A stretch of 64,000 bases of DNA from Phoronis australis (Eukaryota; Animalia; Phoronida), in contig NMRA01000485.1 in NCBI GenBank assembly GCA_002633005.1, forward strand, positions 1 to 64,000. The letters run 5' to 3'. Position 1 is the first letter of the stretch; the number at the start of each line of letters is the position of its first letter. Of this stretch, positions 1-12,412 are shown piece by piece. Below the pieces are notes generated by a model. That model had not been told where the DNA came from, did not search any database, and saw nothing but the letters and a program-made list of their open reading frames with translations. The position numbers and the translations under genes are program-made.

Positions 1-1
1 T

Positions 2-1156
2 TTACTTTGGGGTTGTCGTTTAGTAATCCCCACCGTATTGCGTACACACATTCTCAGTGAACTTCATGAAGCCCATTCGGGAATGTCTAGAATGAAGGCA
101 TTAGCGAGGTGTTATGTGTGGTACCCTAACATGGACTCAGAGATTGAACGTGTCGTCCGTGGTTGTTCGTCATGCTGCCAGAGTAGGAAAGCCCCAGCGA
201 ATGCACCGCTGCACCCTTGGGTTTTCCCAGGTGAGCCTTGGGAACGACTGCACATAGACTATGCCGGTCCATTTGAAGGGAAAATGCTGTTGATTATTAT
301 TGACTCTAAGTCAAAATGGATCGATGTTCACATAACTCATTCAACTTCAACTAGTGCTACCATTGATGGATTGTGGAAATCTTTCGCGGACAGGGGAGTT
401 CCCCGTGTCATAGTCAGTGATAATGGTACGTGTTTCACCAGTCGTGAATTCAAGAACTTCTTAAACAGTAATGCTGTTAAGCATACCCTTGTTTCTCCAT
501 ACCATCCGTCGTCCAATGGTATGGCTGAGAAAGCTGTTCAGACTGTGAAGGAAGGACTCAAGAAAGTCAGTGGTAAAACACTGAGTGAGCGTGTGTCAAA
601 GTTTTTGATGTGGTACCGGTTAACGCCACAAACAACTACCGGTGAACCGCCGTGCGAGATACTTTATTCTCGGAAGATCAGATCGCGTTTGGACAATTTG
701 CGGCCCAATTTGAATGCAAAAGTGGCGGAAAAACAAATGGATCAAAAGAGCCAGCATGATAAGTCTGCTCGATTGCGAACATTCGATGTTGGTGACAAAG
801 TTTTGGTAAAAAATCATGCTTCAGGTGATGCAAAATGGTTGTTCGGAACAGTTGCTGATCAGAGTGGTCCAGTTACGTTTTTGATTGAGCTGGATGATGG
901 ACGTGTCCTGAAGCGCCATGTTGATCATATTGTTCATAGCATGAAACCAGATCGTGAACTGAAATCAGATTCATTCATTAGTGCTGACTCTAAGGATTTT
1001 GTGTTTGTACCAGACACTAGTGTTAATAATTCTATTGATAAACCTTCAGATCAGGGTATCGTGCCAGATGTGGTGAACAATATACCGCCAACCGGAACAC
1101 CAGTTGTTCGTCGCTCACAACGGACTGTGAAGGCTCCTGATAGACTTGACTTGTAG
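2..1156 (+). CDS. Ty3/gypsy LTR-retrotransposon pol, 3' part (integrase H2C2 zinc finger plus DDE core); open at the window edge
   Basis: Frame is open from position 2 (LLWGCRLVIP...). Contains H-x3-H...C-x2-C zinc finger (ELHEAHSG...GCSSC), PWERLHIDYAGP, IVSDNG, SPYHPSSNGMAE and a GPY/F-like GPVTF module; ends APDRLDL*. Confidence 0.95.
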   Translation, partial: LLWGCRLVIPTVLRTHILSELHEAHSGMSRMKALARCYVWYPNMDSEIERVVRGCSSCCQSRKAPANAPLHPWVFPGEPWERLHIDYAGPFEGKMLLIIIDSKSKWIDVHITHSTSTSATIDGLWKSFADRGVPRVIVSDNGTCFTSREFKNFLNSNAVKHTLVSPYHPSSNGMAEKAVQTVKEGLKKVSGKTLSERVSKFLMWYRLTPQTTTGEPPCEILYSRKIRSRLDNLRPNLNAKVAEKQMDQKSQHDKSARLRTFDVGDKVLVKNHASGDAKWLFGTVADQSGPVTFLIELDDGRVLKRHVDHIVHSMKPDRELKSDSFISADSKDFVFVPDTSVNNSIDKPSDQGIVPDVVNNIPPTGTPVVRRSQRTVKAPDRLDL

Positions 1157-1213
1157 AGCACTTTGACTCTTGTGTTTAGTGTGTAACTCATAAGTAGAGT
1201 TAAGTTTAGACTT

Positions 1214-1370
1214 AGGAAGGGAGGGATGCAGTATCTTGATTGCGTCTAGTGTACTTGTTCGACACTTGGTGTCTCTGGTGTGGTGTAGCTAAGGATGTTG
1301 GGTAATAAAAACATGGTTGTTGTCAGACGTGACTAGTTTTCTCTCTGACTTTACTAACCAAGTTACAGCA
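1214..1370 (+). mobile_element. Polypurine tract (1214-1226) and 144-bp 3' LTR (1227-1370) of the gypsy element
   Basis: AGGAAGGGAGGGA is followed directly by TGCAGTATCTTG. CAAGTTACAGCA at 1359-1370 matches its reverse complement at 10/12, giving TG...CA ends. AATAAA at 1304-1309. Confidence 0.85.
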
Positions 1371-1373
1371 GTA

Positions 1374-2040
1374 GCGCATATGGCTGTTTCTACTAAACCC
1401 ATTGCAGGATCTATATTAAATTTAGCAAGTGTAGTTATATGAAGTTGACAGCGGAAGACGACGACTTTCAGACGGATCCAACAAACGCTGTGCCCTCTAT
1501 TCGCAATTTCATTTTTTGCCGTTTTCCCCTTTTCTCTGAAGTTCCTTGATGGATTTTTATGAAATTTGCTAAACAGCTTTCTATTACAGAAACGGCATTT
1601 TTGGATGATTTGACATATTTTAGGCCATCTAAGGGCCATTTTTATTGTTTCCTAGTCTGTTTTTGGCGTCCGCCCCTTTGACAACCAAACCACTCTAAAC
1701 ATAATTTTGAAAATTAGCATGTATGTTCTTAGTGTGAAGAGGACGGTTAATGATGATTTTCCAACGACATCGACTACTGTGGCACCTCCTAGTGGCAGTT
1801 TTTTTTTTTTGCGCCCATAGCTGTATCTCCTAAGCTCACTAAAGGATCTTGATTAATTTAAGTAAGCGTATTTATGTGAAGTTAACAACGGACGACGATG
1901 ACTTTCCAATGAATCTGTGCCCCCTAGTGGCAATTTCATTTTTTTGTTTTCCTCTTTTACTTCCAAGTTCCTTGACAGATTTTTATTGGATTTGGTAAAT
2001 AGCTTTCTATTAAAGAAACAATGGCATGTTCCCGTTTTGG
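1374..2040 (+). repeat. Dispersed non-coding repeat; two partial tandem units here, another copy at ~28920-29290
   Basis: Shared blocks 'gctgtatctcctaa', 'tgaagtt...gacgacga', 'cctagtggcaatttcatttttt' and 'aaatagctttctattaa' at 1374-1600, 1810-2020 and 29047-29270. Confidence 0.7.
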
Positions 2041-5000
2041 GATGGATTCGAAGTATTTTGCGGTTTTTTGAAGCGTTGTGTGGAAATGCATCATACACTA
2101 AACCTAGCATACCTTCAAAAACTGTGGTCCTCCGCATTAACGGAATTTACATATTGTATAAATACAGGTTTGGAAAGCCGATAACTTGGATATCACTGAA
2201 AGTATTATGTTTTCAATCGTGAATATCCGTAACTGTTATTTTCTGAAATTGCAAATTCCATTGACGCACCGCCACCATGCTCGGCCGCTCTTGTGTAGTA
2301 CAAGAAGCATTGCGTGACTCTTTGTATGTCCAATGGCACGACACTTCTGCTCGTATCCACCGTCCTCTTTTCACTAGTGATCTCGAAGATCTTGATTAGT
2401 TTTAGTATGAACTTTGCTAATAGTTTGAGAGGACTTTTTCAAGCGCATATACAGGGACCTGTCCAAGAGGTCTGAAAATGGACCAGCATGCACTGCTGGC
2501 AGTGCGTGGGATTCTTAGTCCATTACGGTTTTCAAAAACTGACCAAGCAAGGGGGAATGGGTACCCTTAATAAGAATAAAACCTGCTTCTCTGAAGTATG
2601 AGATGGTGATGGGGGTTGTATTGTTAACTCATCAGTACATTAAAATTGACTTTTTTGAGTTCTGAAATCCTATACTAGACTTTTATTTTTGCACCAGCAA
2701 AACTGAAAATCCGCGAAGAAAAAATCTCTTATACAGCTTCCCATGATCTCCTTCGTCACTGATGTAGCAAAGCGAATGATATATGTTCTATTTGGCATCT
2801 TGGTCGATATATAATTGCACAGTAGAGTAGCGCCTCCTAGAGTTTTTTAATCTACCTGACAGTCATAGATTGGCAGAAAAGTGTGTGAGTTATGTAAAAA
2901 ACTGATTGCACAAAAACTATGAAAGAGACAAGATTTTTTATGCTTGCGTTGAGCTGAACAAAGACAGCAGTAACAGATGGAGGTGAACTCATGTTCCAAA
3001 AGAATCCGATATAGATTTAGGAGTAGATTTGGGAGAGCGATAAAAATGCTTAAAAATGGCCTTAACAATAAGCAGTGAAAATGACATTTTTGTAGGCTAA
3101 AATGGGAGGACATAAAATTCGATAAATCCATCCGAACTAATTTTTCTTGAATGCTATTCTTTCTTGTTTCTGATATATACATGTAGTTATTTTTTCTATA
3201 GCGTGAAGTAATGATGTGTTGTTGCTGACAAAAAGTCACCTACTTCCCAGTACTTTTATTTTGCTATTATTCAGAAAAAGTACGAAGTGGTCGTAAAAAG
3301 GGTTAAAAAATCAGAAACTCTTAAAAAATCAGGCTCAGGTTTCTTTTGACAAGGCCAGCTCATGTAATATGTTTCAAAAAATTGGTAATTTTACATACAT
3401 AGCCCACCATCTGGTTCTTATGTGGAATTGCTCTGAAGTATTTAAACTTCTTTTTCGATCTGGAGTTTGTAAACTTAAGCCCAGTAATCTAGTTCCTAGG
3501 CCAAGAAACAATTTACTGTCATTTGAAGTGTGAGAACTTTTTGGGACACTTTGAAGAGCTGCCCGAAATTCATTAATTTCCTTGAGACTTATTTCAGATA
3601 GACAAAAATCATTTAGTGTACTTTTATATTTGGTGATCTCATGTTAGATCGAAATTTCCTAATTTCGGCCTGCAACTAAGTTCATCGAAGCACTGTCATT
3701 TCTTACAAGGTTAGCTTCTAACTGTAAAAAACCACCTCTCAATCAGTCCATTTTCATAGATACATAAACATGTAAATCAGAAACCAACAATCAAATCCAT
3801 GAGCAATGCGCTTACCTTGATTTAAGGACTTAATTCCTTTTTGATCCCCTGTTTGTGATTTTGAACAATAAATCTTGTACCGAAGTCAAAAAGCAATGCA
3901 TTTATTGTTATTTGAATTGTAAGTAAATTTTTGGGAAGTGTCCAAATTTCATCAATGTCTTTGAGAATTATTTCAGATAGGCTAAAAGCATCCACTTTAC
4001 TATTTGGGGATCGGATTTTACTAAAGTTTTTTTCCATATTCAGGCTTCATCTTAATTCCCTGAATCGTAATCATTTCTTAAAAGGCCACTAATACAGTAA
4101 CTTGTAATTGCCAAAAATCAGTTTTCGTAGATACATAAACATGTAAATCAGAAACCAACAAATTTGTTGATCAAAACGGAATGTTATTCCACAGGCATGC
4201 TCGCAGATTTTTGACGGGTAACCCGGGGAAAATGGGAGATTTGGCATTCATAGTAAGGTGTATTATCGCTCATTTCCGAGGTACCTATAACGGTTCACGA
4301 GTTTGCACTTGACCTCGAAAAGGCTGAAATATTTGTTTATTATTGCCAGTATTTGAGTGCACTCGTTCAACATGTACATGTACACGGTCACCAATGGTAG
4401 CCTCGACAGCAATGTTTTCCACATGTTATACTATTCTTGTGATACTATGGCAAACAGTAACATCACTCTATAACTAACCATTAGAAATAGCCCTTTTGTG
4501 TAATTAACAAATAGCGATCTTCACGTTCTTTAAAATTCCACCCTGTATTTTTTCACGTTTTTGGTTGTTTGGGTCGAAAGTGTTGATACTGCTGTGCTGT
4601 GTGTACGAATGTTTTTTTTGGATGAATTTGGAATCTCAGCTTGCCTCGTGAAAACTAGGCAGTGTCGGATTTACATGTATAGTGGGACAAAGGGACATTT
4701 CTCCGAACTGCTCCACCGCGAGAGGGTCCCATCTGAAGTGGAACACCTTAATTATGAAAGGCTACATGTAAATATCATTAAGCTTGGAAAAGAGTGACAC
4801 TTCATTCCACCGTCGTGTGGTCACAAGACTATGCAGGAAGTGACCTTCCTCAACATGAAAGTCGGTTGCACGATTTCACAACACAGAGGTCCAACTTTGG
4901 GTCCTCTCTCCGTGAGTGGACCCTTAAGAATTTGTCAATTTAAGCACAAACAGGGTGGCCGCTTGAATGTCATCAATGGCCTTCTTCAAGGGTGGGGCCC

Positions 5001-5491
5001 CTCAATATAAAAATATCTATATTTTGAAAAATCAAGAAATTAACAGCAATTGATGCTATCTGTCAGATCATAAATTCTTGACAAGTGATATACAATTTGA
5101 GAAAAAAGTGACAATTGTCTCCCTTATCCCTTGCCAGAGACGGGCGCATGAAAAAATGTGGTTTTGCAGTCGTAAAATTGACTTATTGAATTTAAAAAAT
5201 CCAGTAAATTAAGATGCTCCGCAAAAGCTTCGCTTTACACTTTTTTTCGATTTTTCGAAATATATGCATGAATCGTTACATGCACGTTTTCAGTTGAGTT
5301 TAGACAACCTGTACTGCTAAACTGGAGACCGCAATAACACTGTCCTGGACAAGGTCCTCAAAAGGTAAACCATGCACTGATACAGACTTGTTAAATTTTC
5401 TCTTGAATTTTCTCTCCTATTCGCATTTAGCAGTCTTTCTTTTCTCGACTGTCCCCGCCGCACGCTTATGTCGGTTGCCACGGTTTAACCC

Positions 5492-5717
5492 NNNNNNNNN
5501 NNNNNNNNNNNNNNNNNNNNNNNNNNNNNNNNNNNNNNNNNNNNNNNNNNNNNNNNNNNNNNNNNNNNNNNNNNNNNNNNNNNNNNNNNNNNNNNNNNNN
5601 NNNNNNNNNNNNNNNNNNNNNNNNNNNNNNNNNNNNNNNNNNNNNNNNNNNNNNNNNNNNNNNNNNNNNNNNNNNNNNNNNNNNNNNNNNNNNNNNNNNN
5701 NNNNNNNNNNNNNNNNN
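5492..5717. other. Assembly gap (226 N)
   Basis: Run of N. Confidence 1.
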
Positions 5718-5820
<103 letters not shown>

Positions 5821-5935
5821 TTTTTCTTTTCATTTAAATGCCATACTTAGTACGATCTGATTGACTACGAACCAAGGTATAAACCTTTAGAGACCGGGCA
5901 CACAGGTACAGTGAAAGGCAGGTTCTGGTACTTAC

Positions 5936-6359
5936 CAGATGTCCAGTAGAGTTCAGATTTGCGCGAAGATGTAGACAGCTGTCTTGTGATGAATCGCTCT
6001 TCCGCTACTGACTCCAAATCAAACAACCTTGCACCGTAACTCAAACATCGAACAGTCGCCATGATCTTCTTTACCTTTTGTTGTCCAAAATGATAGCACG
6101 AAGCTTTGAATTTTACGAAGCCTGCCGGACATAGATGAATATCCCAGTACTTCATCAGCATACTGATTTTAGGAGACAGGTTTTCCAGCTTAGCTAGACG
6201 TGTTTGCCCAATGGTGATGTTGTCCAATTTTTGGTCAATGCTTTCCAGTTTATCTTTTAATGGATCTAGCAGGATTCCGACGGACCGTTCCTCGTAATTC
6301 TCGATCGCGAAACATGACGCAAGAAAAGTCGAAGCAATGAGAGCGCTAATGAAACGCAT
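5936..6359 (-). CDS. Secreted C-type lectin domain protein, first coding exon
   Basis: Signal-peptide-like MRFISALIASTFLASCFA, a heptad-like neck, then the CTLD start CPAGFVKFKASCYHF...C...GARL...E...YW. Similarity stops at a canonical donor TCT G|GTAAGT (5936/5935). Downstream exons were not found. Confidence 0.75.
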
Positions 6360-6979
6360 TGTAATACTTTGAGGTTGATTGCTGTATGCGAAGGAGATGC
6401 ATACTACTCCTGAAGGCGGTGTATTTTCTTTTTATCCTAACCCGGTGACGTTTACTTAGATAGATAGACGAATGAGAGGCTCTGATACACTAGCCGTTGA
6501 CGATTTCTCCGTCCCCTGTTACCGTGTGCTTCTATTCAGATTTCGTTTTTTCATTTTTATTGATGTCATGGTGCAGGAAAACGTCAGTGTCTTCCATTGA
6601 AGCCTCGTTGTGGACATAACAACGCGTCAAACAATCGGTTGTCCCAGCCAAACACGTGTGTTGCTTTATTAAGACAACCTAAATACACGCTGAGTTTGAA
6701 AAATGACACATGTTCAGGTCTCCTAATTAAAAGGATACTAAACCCGGTTTTGATGATTTCAATCAAAATACACACCGCAAAAATACAACGGAAGAACAAA
6801 AAATGCAGACGTAGGATTCTGGCGGGCTCTTTCCAGAGTAGGATTTTTCCTATCATATGTTTTTCTGTGATCAGTGCGGATCGACTGTTGCTTTAGCGTT
6901 TTGTGTACGCCTTGAAGGGAAAATATCAGTGCAGGGCGCTCTTTTTGAAATACGTACACGTGTTTTCCAGATGTATCGT

Positions 6980-7195
6980 CATCATAACCATTATCATTAA
7001 CATTTTATTTTTTTTGTTATAAGTGTTTTTAAAATTATCATCTTCGTATTTATTACTATTATAATTATTATTATAGTTATTATTATTTTTTTAAAAAATC
7101 ATTATTATTATTATTATTGTTGTTCTTGTTGTTGTTATTGTTATTATTATTGCTATTATTATTATCATTATCCTTGTCATTGTCATTGTCATGAT

Positions 7196-7226
<31 letters not shown>

Positions 7227-7255
7227 ATTATCATTATCATTATAATTATCTATAA
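6980..7255. repeat. (TTA)n/(TCA)n trinucleotide microsatellite
   Basis: Seen directly; explains the poly-Asn pseudo-ORF. Confidence 0.95.
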
Positions 7256-8129
7256 TATAAAATGGAAAGTTCACACGAGTTCCGTTTTCCCATTTCCTCC
7301 ACTAACATTTGTTGGGCCCATTTCGGCACCACCTTTGACAAGGTAGTGCGCCTCGCCTTTATTTAGATTTGATTTGTTTCTTTTTTTCTCGCGGGCTGTT
7401 ATTTCGCTAACCTGGAAGGAGATTGGTCAGTTTTGTACTGGTCTTTGGCCTTGGTGACGTCAGTCCGTCGGCTTAATTTCACTCCCTTCGGCTTCCATCG
7501 CCATGATCGATCCACATGGGCTCACGGTCTCCGTAAATAGTTCTTCTTCATCCTGCGTTTACGCCCGTGTTATATACATGCGTATACATATACGTTATTA
7601 TTGTAAAGATTAGTATTCGCATGCAACTGTGTAATGATAATTGTTCCAATAAGGATGATAATAATGAAAATGATAGTGATAATATCCGTGCTCAGAATTC
7701 AATGTTCAATATTATGCGCACGTTACAGGTAACTGTATTACTTATTTCAAGTAATAACTTGGATTTTGTAATGTTGTGTTTCAAGCAAAGCTTGAGCTAC
7801 TTTAACAACGACGAAAAATGAAACTATTCTAGTAAGGCCTACACCATAGTAGCGGAAAGTCAACTAGCTGGGCACATGAGGTTTTGTTAAATGCCTTTAG
7901 GTTTCTCGCGTGTTCGTGTAAATATTCCGCACAAACGATTTAGACCACAGGAGTGACTTACTCTGAAAAGGGGCGTCTTTCTTACAAATGAAAAACAAAA
8001 TGAACAGATTCTTTATTTCGCTATAATCAAACAGCATAGTGAGCCTGAGGCAGAGACGAATTGGCGAGAACAATCTGACAACCAAAAAATGAGAAAATAG
8101 ACACATAAATATACTAAGCACAGTGATTT

Positions 8130-8460
8130 TTCATCTTTCCAAAACAACCCAAAGGGTAACAGACAAAGAGAAAATTGATTTATCCAAAAGGTTGATTAAT
8201 TGACATCACGATGTGATTACCGGTAATCAGTAGGGGAAAACTTGTGCTAAATGAGTAGCTTACAGGTATGTACCGCACGCTGGCTCTGTTTCGATAGGGT
8301 GCGGTCTTCCTACCATGTGTTGCCTTCACACTTTCTGCTTGTATGCTCCTCTTCCCGCGTAGAACGTGTATTTCACTGTTTATTTCGCTACGTATATGTT
8401 CATTCCACTCATTGCCTGATGATGAGACATGCAGTCTCAAAATATACGTACTGTTTTAAT
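8130..8460 (+). mobile_element. Possible decayed Penelope-like element 3' end with a degenerate hammerhead motif
   Basis: RQREN*FIQKVD*LTS resembles PLE GIY-YIG C-termini (RE-x2-WI-x2-L-x-T). CTGATGA-T-GAGAC-atgca-GTCTC-AAAA follows at 8416-8442. Confidence 0.35.
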
Positions 8461-8599
8461 ATGTTTGTTTGTCTGTTATGTTTCTCGGTGTTTTACTTCA
8501 TAGCTTCACACGAAGGAGATTATAACGACATTACGAGCGAACCAGTATCAAGCTTGCAAACTAAAAGTCTACTCGAGCGTGTTTTAAACGAAGTTTGAT

Positions 8600-8780
8600 G
8601 TGATACAATGAAAAACAGCGTTTTTGAAATTTCATCTTCCATATTTATATTAAATGAAATTTGGTCTTGTATTTGATACCGTTGATTTGCTATGAATGTA
8701 ACTTTGGTTAAATGTTACTCAAAGACATGATCACATGACCTAATTAATTGTAGTTTATTATGAAGTAAAAAATCAAAGGC
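8600..8780 (+). repeat. Dispersed repeat; second copy at ~14303-14480
   Basis: Near-identical 'aaaacagcgtttttgaa..ttcatcttccat...gctatgaatgtaacttt...tatgaagtaaaaaatcaaa' at both sites. Confidence 0.85.
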
Positions 8781-11700
8781 CAATTCCTTCGAATTTTTGC
8801 AAGTGTTAGTTTCTTATGACATGCTATCGTACAGAGCCATTAAACCGGAAGTTGCTTTCAAGATGGCGGATCTGGCGCATGTTGACCCGTTTTCAGTCGT
8901 GCCGGAGTGCGATTTTAAACGGGAAAAGAAAAAGACGTGATTTTTCGCATGTGAATTCTTTGAGGTATACTCTTTCAAATGACCTGTAACAATTGTTTCT
9001 CAGGCTTACCGTTTTCGAGTTATTTGACTTTGAAATTCTTAAAAAACCGCAAAATTTCATTTTTTTCGAAAAATTTATGGAATTAGGCGATGCCATCAGA
9101 GTTTTGAACGGGCTTTCAGAAGTTGTTTTTCATTTTTCATTAGGACGTCTATTTTTCGAGTTATCTGAAATTTTCTGATAACGCTGTTCCTTTGTTGAGC
9201 GCTCTTGCTGCATTGATGTTGGTTTATCTTCTATTGAACTAGACTGTAGCCTATTTCTTATTGATTTATGACATCTAAGTTCGTCATATGAACGTTATGA
9301 TGTTGTTCATAATCGCGACCACCATCATCATATTCGTCATCTTCGTCATCATCTCCGACGTCGTCTTTTCTTCAGTTAATTTCGCCAAATGTCGCACAAG
9401 ATTGTAGCATATTTCTTAGTGATTTCTGATCTCTACGATCGTCATATGAATGATATCATAACTTGCTTTGTCCATCATCGCCACCATCGTCGTCATAGCT
9501 GTCATCTTAGTCATCATCTCTGTCGTCGTCTTTTCTCGTTTTTGTTTCATTAGTAATATCTCGTGATTCGTTTGTGTGTGTAGAGTATTTACAGTTTGTA
9601 GTTAGTGGTCGTTGATTTTTTTGGAATGTTGCGCGTACTTATTATGGTAAAATAGCATTGGTGTTTAGTTCCTTACGTAGGCCGGTCGAACCTAGGTCAG
9701 GAACCAATATGGGTCGAACCAATTTTTTTTCGTTTTGATTTTTCTCGTTTTGAAAATGTACTTTGCTATCGTCGGAAAGATAGACAGTGCATTCTACTCA
9801 GAAAAAAAAACGAAAAAGTATCAAAATCCAAAATCGGGGCAAGCAGTGTAAAGATATTGCAATTTTTGTGGCGAAATTTGGGTCACTTTGTTTGGATTAC
9901 GTCGGCCATATTGGAGGACAGCGGGATAAGTTACGAGTTTAAAACTTTGTGTAAATTGTTTTCGCCAACAAATCACCGTGGTGAAGTTTAGTTAGACATA
10001 TCTTTACTTAATATTTTGCACGATTCAAATGTGTTCACCAAATTTCAGGCTCGCAGTTGTTACTCAAAGAGTGATAAATGTGCTCACAATTCCCTTTCCA
10101 TTTCTGGCGGCACCGACAACATGGCGAATTTTGCTGAACTGAAAGGCATGTTCAATCGGCTACTTTGTAATTTGTGAAGATTTAACGTTGATACATTTTG
10201 ACAAGCGTTGCTACAAAAAAAGGAACTTTGTTCAATTTTTGTGTTTTTTGTGCAAAAATATAAGATATATTTGAATTATTTTACTGTGAATTTCCCATTC
10301 AGGTAATCTTACACTAAGCAAAAAAAAATAGTTGAAATAATTTTGAAATGGTTTTTTGTTTGATTGTCAACTGCTTTTCAAGGATTGATTCGGTGTCACA
10401 AAATGATTCATATTTTTCTAAATTTTAAATCTCAATTGCTTTCAATTCATTTTTTTGTAACTTACTGCTTCTTAATTCAGGTTATCAAGTCAACAATATG
10501 ATTATTCTTAATTTGGGAAGCTTCAAGCCTCCTATTCTTGTTCCTTGCATCTTCATATTTTGTTAAATAATGCTTGTCAAATTCTGGTGTAAGGAAACAC
10601 TATTCAGTCACCATGGTAATAGTTACATGTAAGTCCACTTTCATAACATGGAAACTTTGCTGTTGCATGCACGCACCCCCGGGGGGGCTCGGAGGGCTCG
10701 TTCCATTTGGCGAAGTGGGCAAAAAGGTCCGCCCCCTAGAGACAAAAAGCCGGTGAAAATGGGACAAAAGTCCACTAAAGAAGCGCAAACGCGCAATTCA
10801 CAGTTGTGCTCCCCTTTTTTTAGTCCGCCGACTCTTTTTTTAGCAAAAGCCCCACATCGCCGGGAATTCGAGCCGAAATATTGAAGGCTGGGTGCGCGCA
10901 TGTGTTGAATAGTGTTTGTAATGCTAAATGTTGTAAAGTATTGTATATTTCAAGTTACTTATTATGTTAAAAGTTTGAATCATTTTGGCTTTGAATAAAA
11001 ATGATAACATTTTGTATTGGACTTGTCATACTTATGTGCTCGAACGAGCCCCCTATTTGGAGAAATGGAAAAAGGTCTTCCTCAGTCAGAGAAGCACGAA
11101 TTCCGAAAAAAGTAGAAATAAGACAATATTCCACTAGAAGACAGGAAGTACCAAAATTAAGCGTCTGCAATTCATAGCTCTGAACATACCCAATGAATCT
11201 TATAGTAAAAGATAGACATTCCCAAAAATACATACCTATTGTTCGGCAAATGTAAATGATGTGGGCGATTTTGGCTGAAGGCTTGCAAAAGCAATACGCG
11301 ACAGTCCCGGTATTCCGATCCTCATGGCAACCAGTGGCTCCTATGATCATGCCAACAGTCGAAAACAAGACGAAACTAAATGTTGCCAACTAAAGTCAGT
11401 CAAAGAAATGATAACTTTTGATAAAGAGTTTAAACGAGATTTTACCTGATGGCAGTTAAGAATATTTTAACTGCAATGTTAGAATTAGCACGAGATATAA
11501 CGGCCGGTAGATGTCGTCTTCTAAAAAGTAATTAAGATAAAAATACCTCTTCATCACTTATTTCTCTAAAGAGAACTTTGCGTTAAGTTATTGAGTAAGC
11601 GTGTATTTTTGACTTCTTCATGTAATTATCATGACATTGAAATGTGAAAATTTCTGCCATGTTTTAGCGTGTTTTCGTTGTCCATTTGCTAATGCGCCTT

Positions 11701-12150
11701 GCACACATGATAGCACTGATGTCTTCAATCAATATATCTGTCTCCTTATTACACCTTCAGTGTCGCCCAAAACCATTAAAATGCAAAGGCCCTAACTTTC
11801 GAATTTGTTGAAATATTATTCTTAACTCGAATCACAAGAAAAACAGCAAGCGCAACGCAAAGCGTTAATCTGCGCCCACGGTGGATTGCAAACCAAGTTT
11901 TGCTTGGGGTGTTCAAAAACAGATTAAAAATTAACACTAAATATTTTGAACGAATAACTAAAGGAGGCCGCAAAGGCACGTCAGAGCACTGGGAATCCAA
12001 AAATTAAACAGTCGTAGCCTTCTTCTTTTCGCAAGGAATAAGGTGCACCGTCTTAGTGATGTTATATTTCACCAAAATCTTACCAATTTCGAGTGGACTA
12101 CCGTAAACTGTACGTCTCGAGAAAGTGACTACAGACATCTCAGTACACTC

Positions 12151-12151
12151 C

Positions 12152-12182
<31 letters not shown>

Positions 12183-12412
12183 ACGCATACACACACACAC
12201 ACATACAGATAAACATACATGTGGAACCAATAAAAATTAATGCAATTAAAATAATAATAATAAAAATAATAATATAATAGTATGAAAATGATGATAATAA
12301 TTATCATCATCCTCACCATCACCATCGTCATCATCAGCGTTATTATTATTATCATGATCATGATAATGATCATGATAATAATAATAATGATCATGATCAT
12401 TATTATTATCAT
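12151..12412. repeat. (CA)n followed by (ATC/AAT)n microsatellites
   Basis: Seen directly. Confidence 0.95.

Noticed and set aside
4186-4860. Candidate downstream lectin exons (ICEHAC and RWNEVS on the minus strand)
   Set aside because: No consistent frame or splice acceptor; in-frame stops.
7083-7274. Poly-Asn ORF; similarly the Ile/Val-Cys-rich ORFs at 12004-12472
   Set aside because: Translations of simple repeats.
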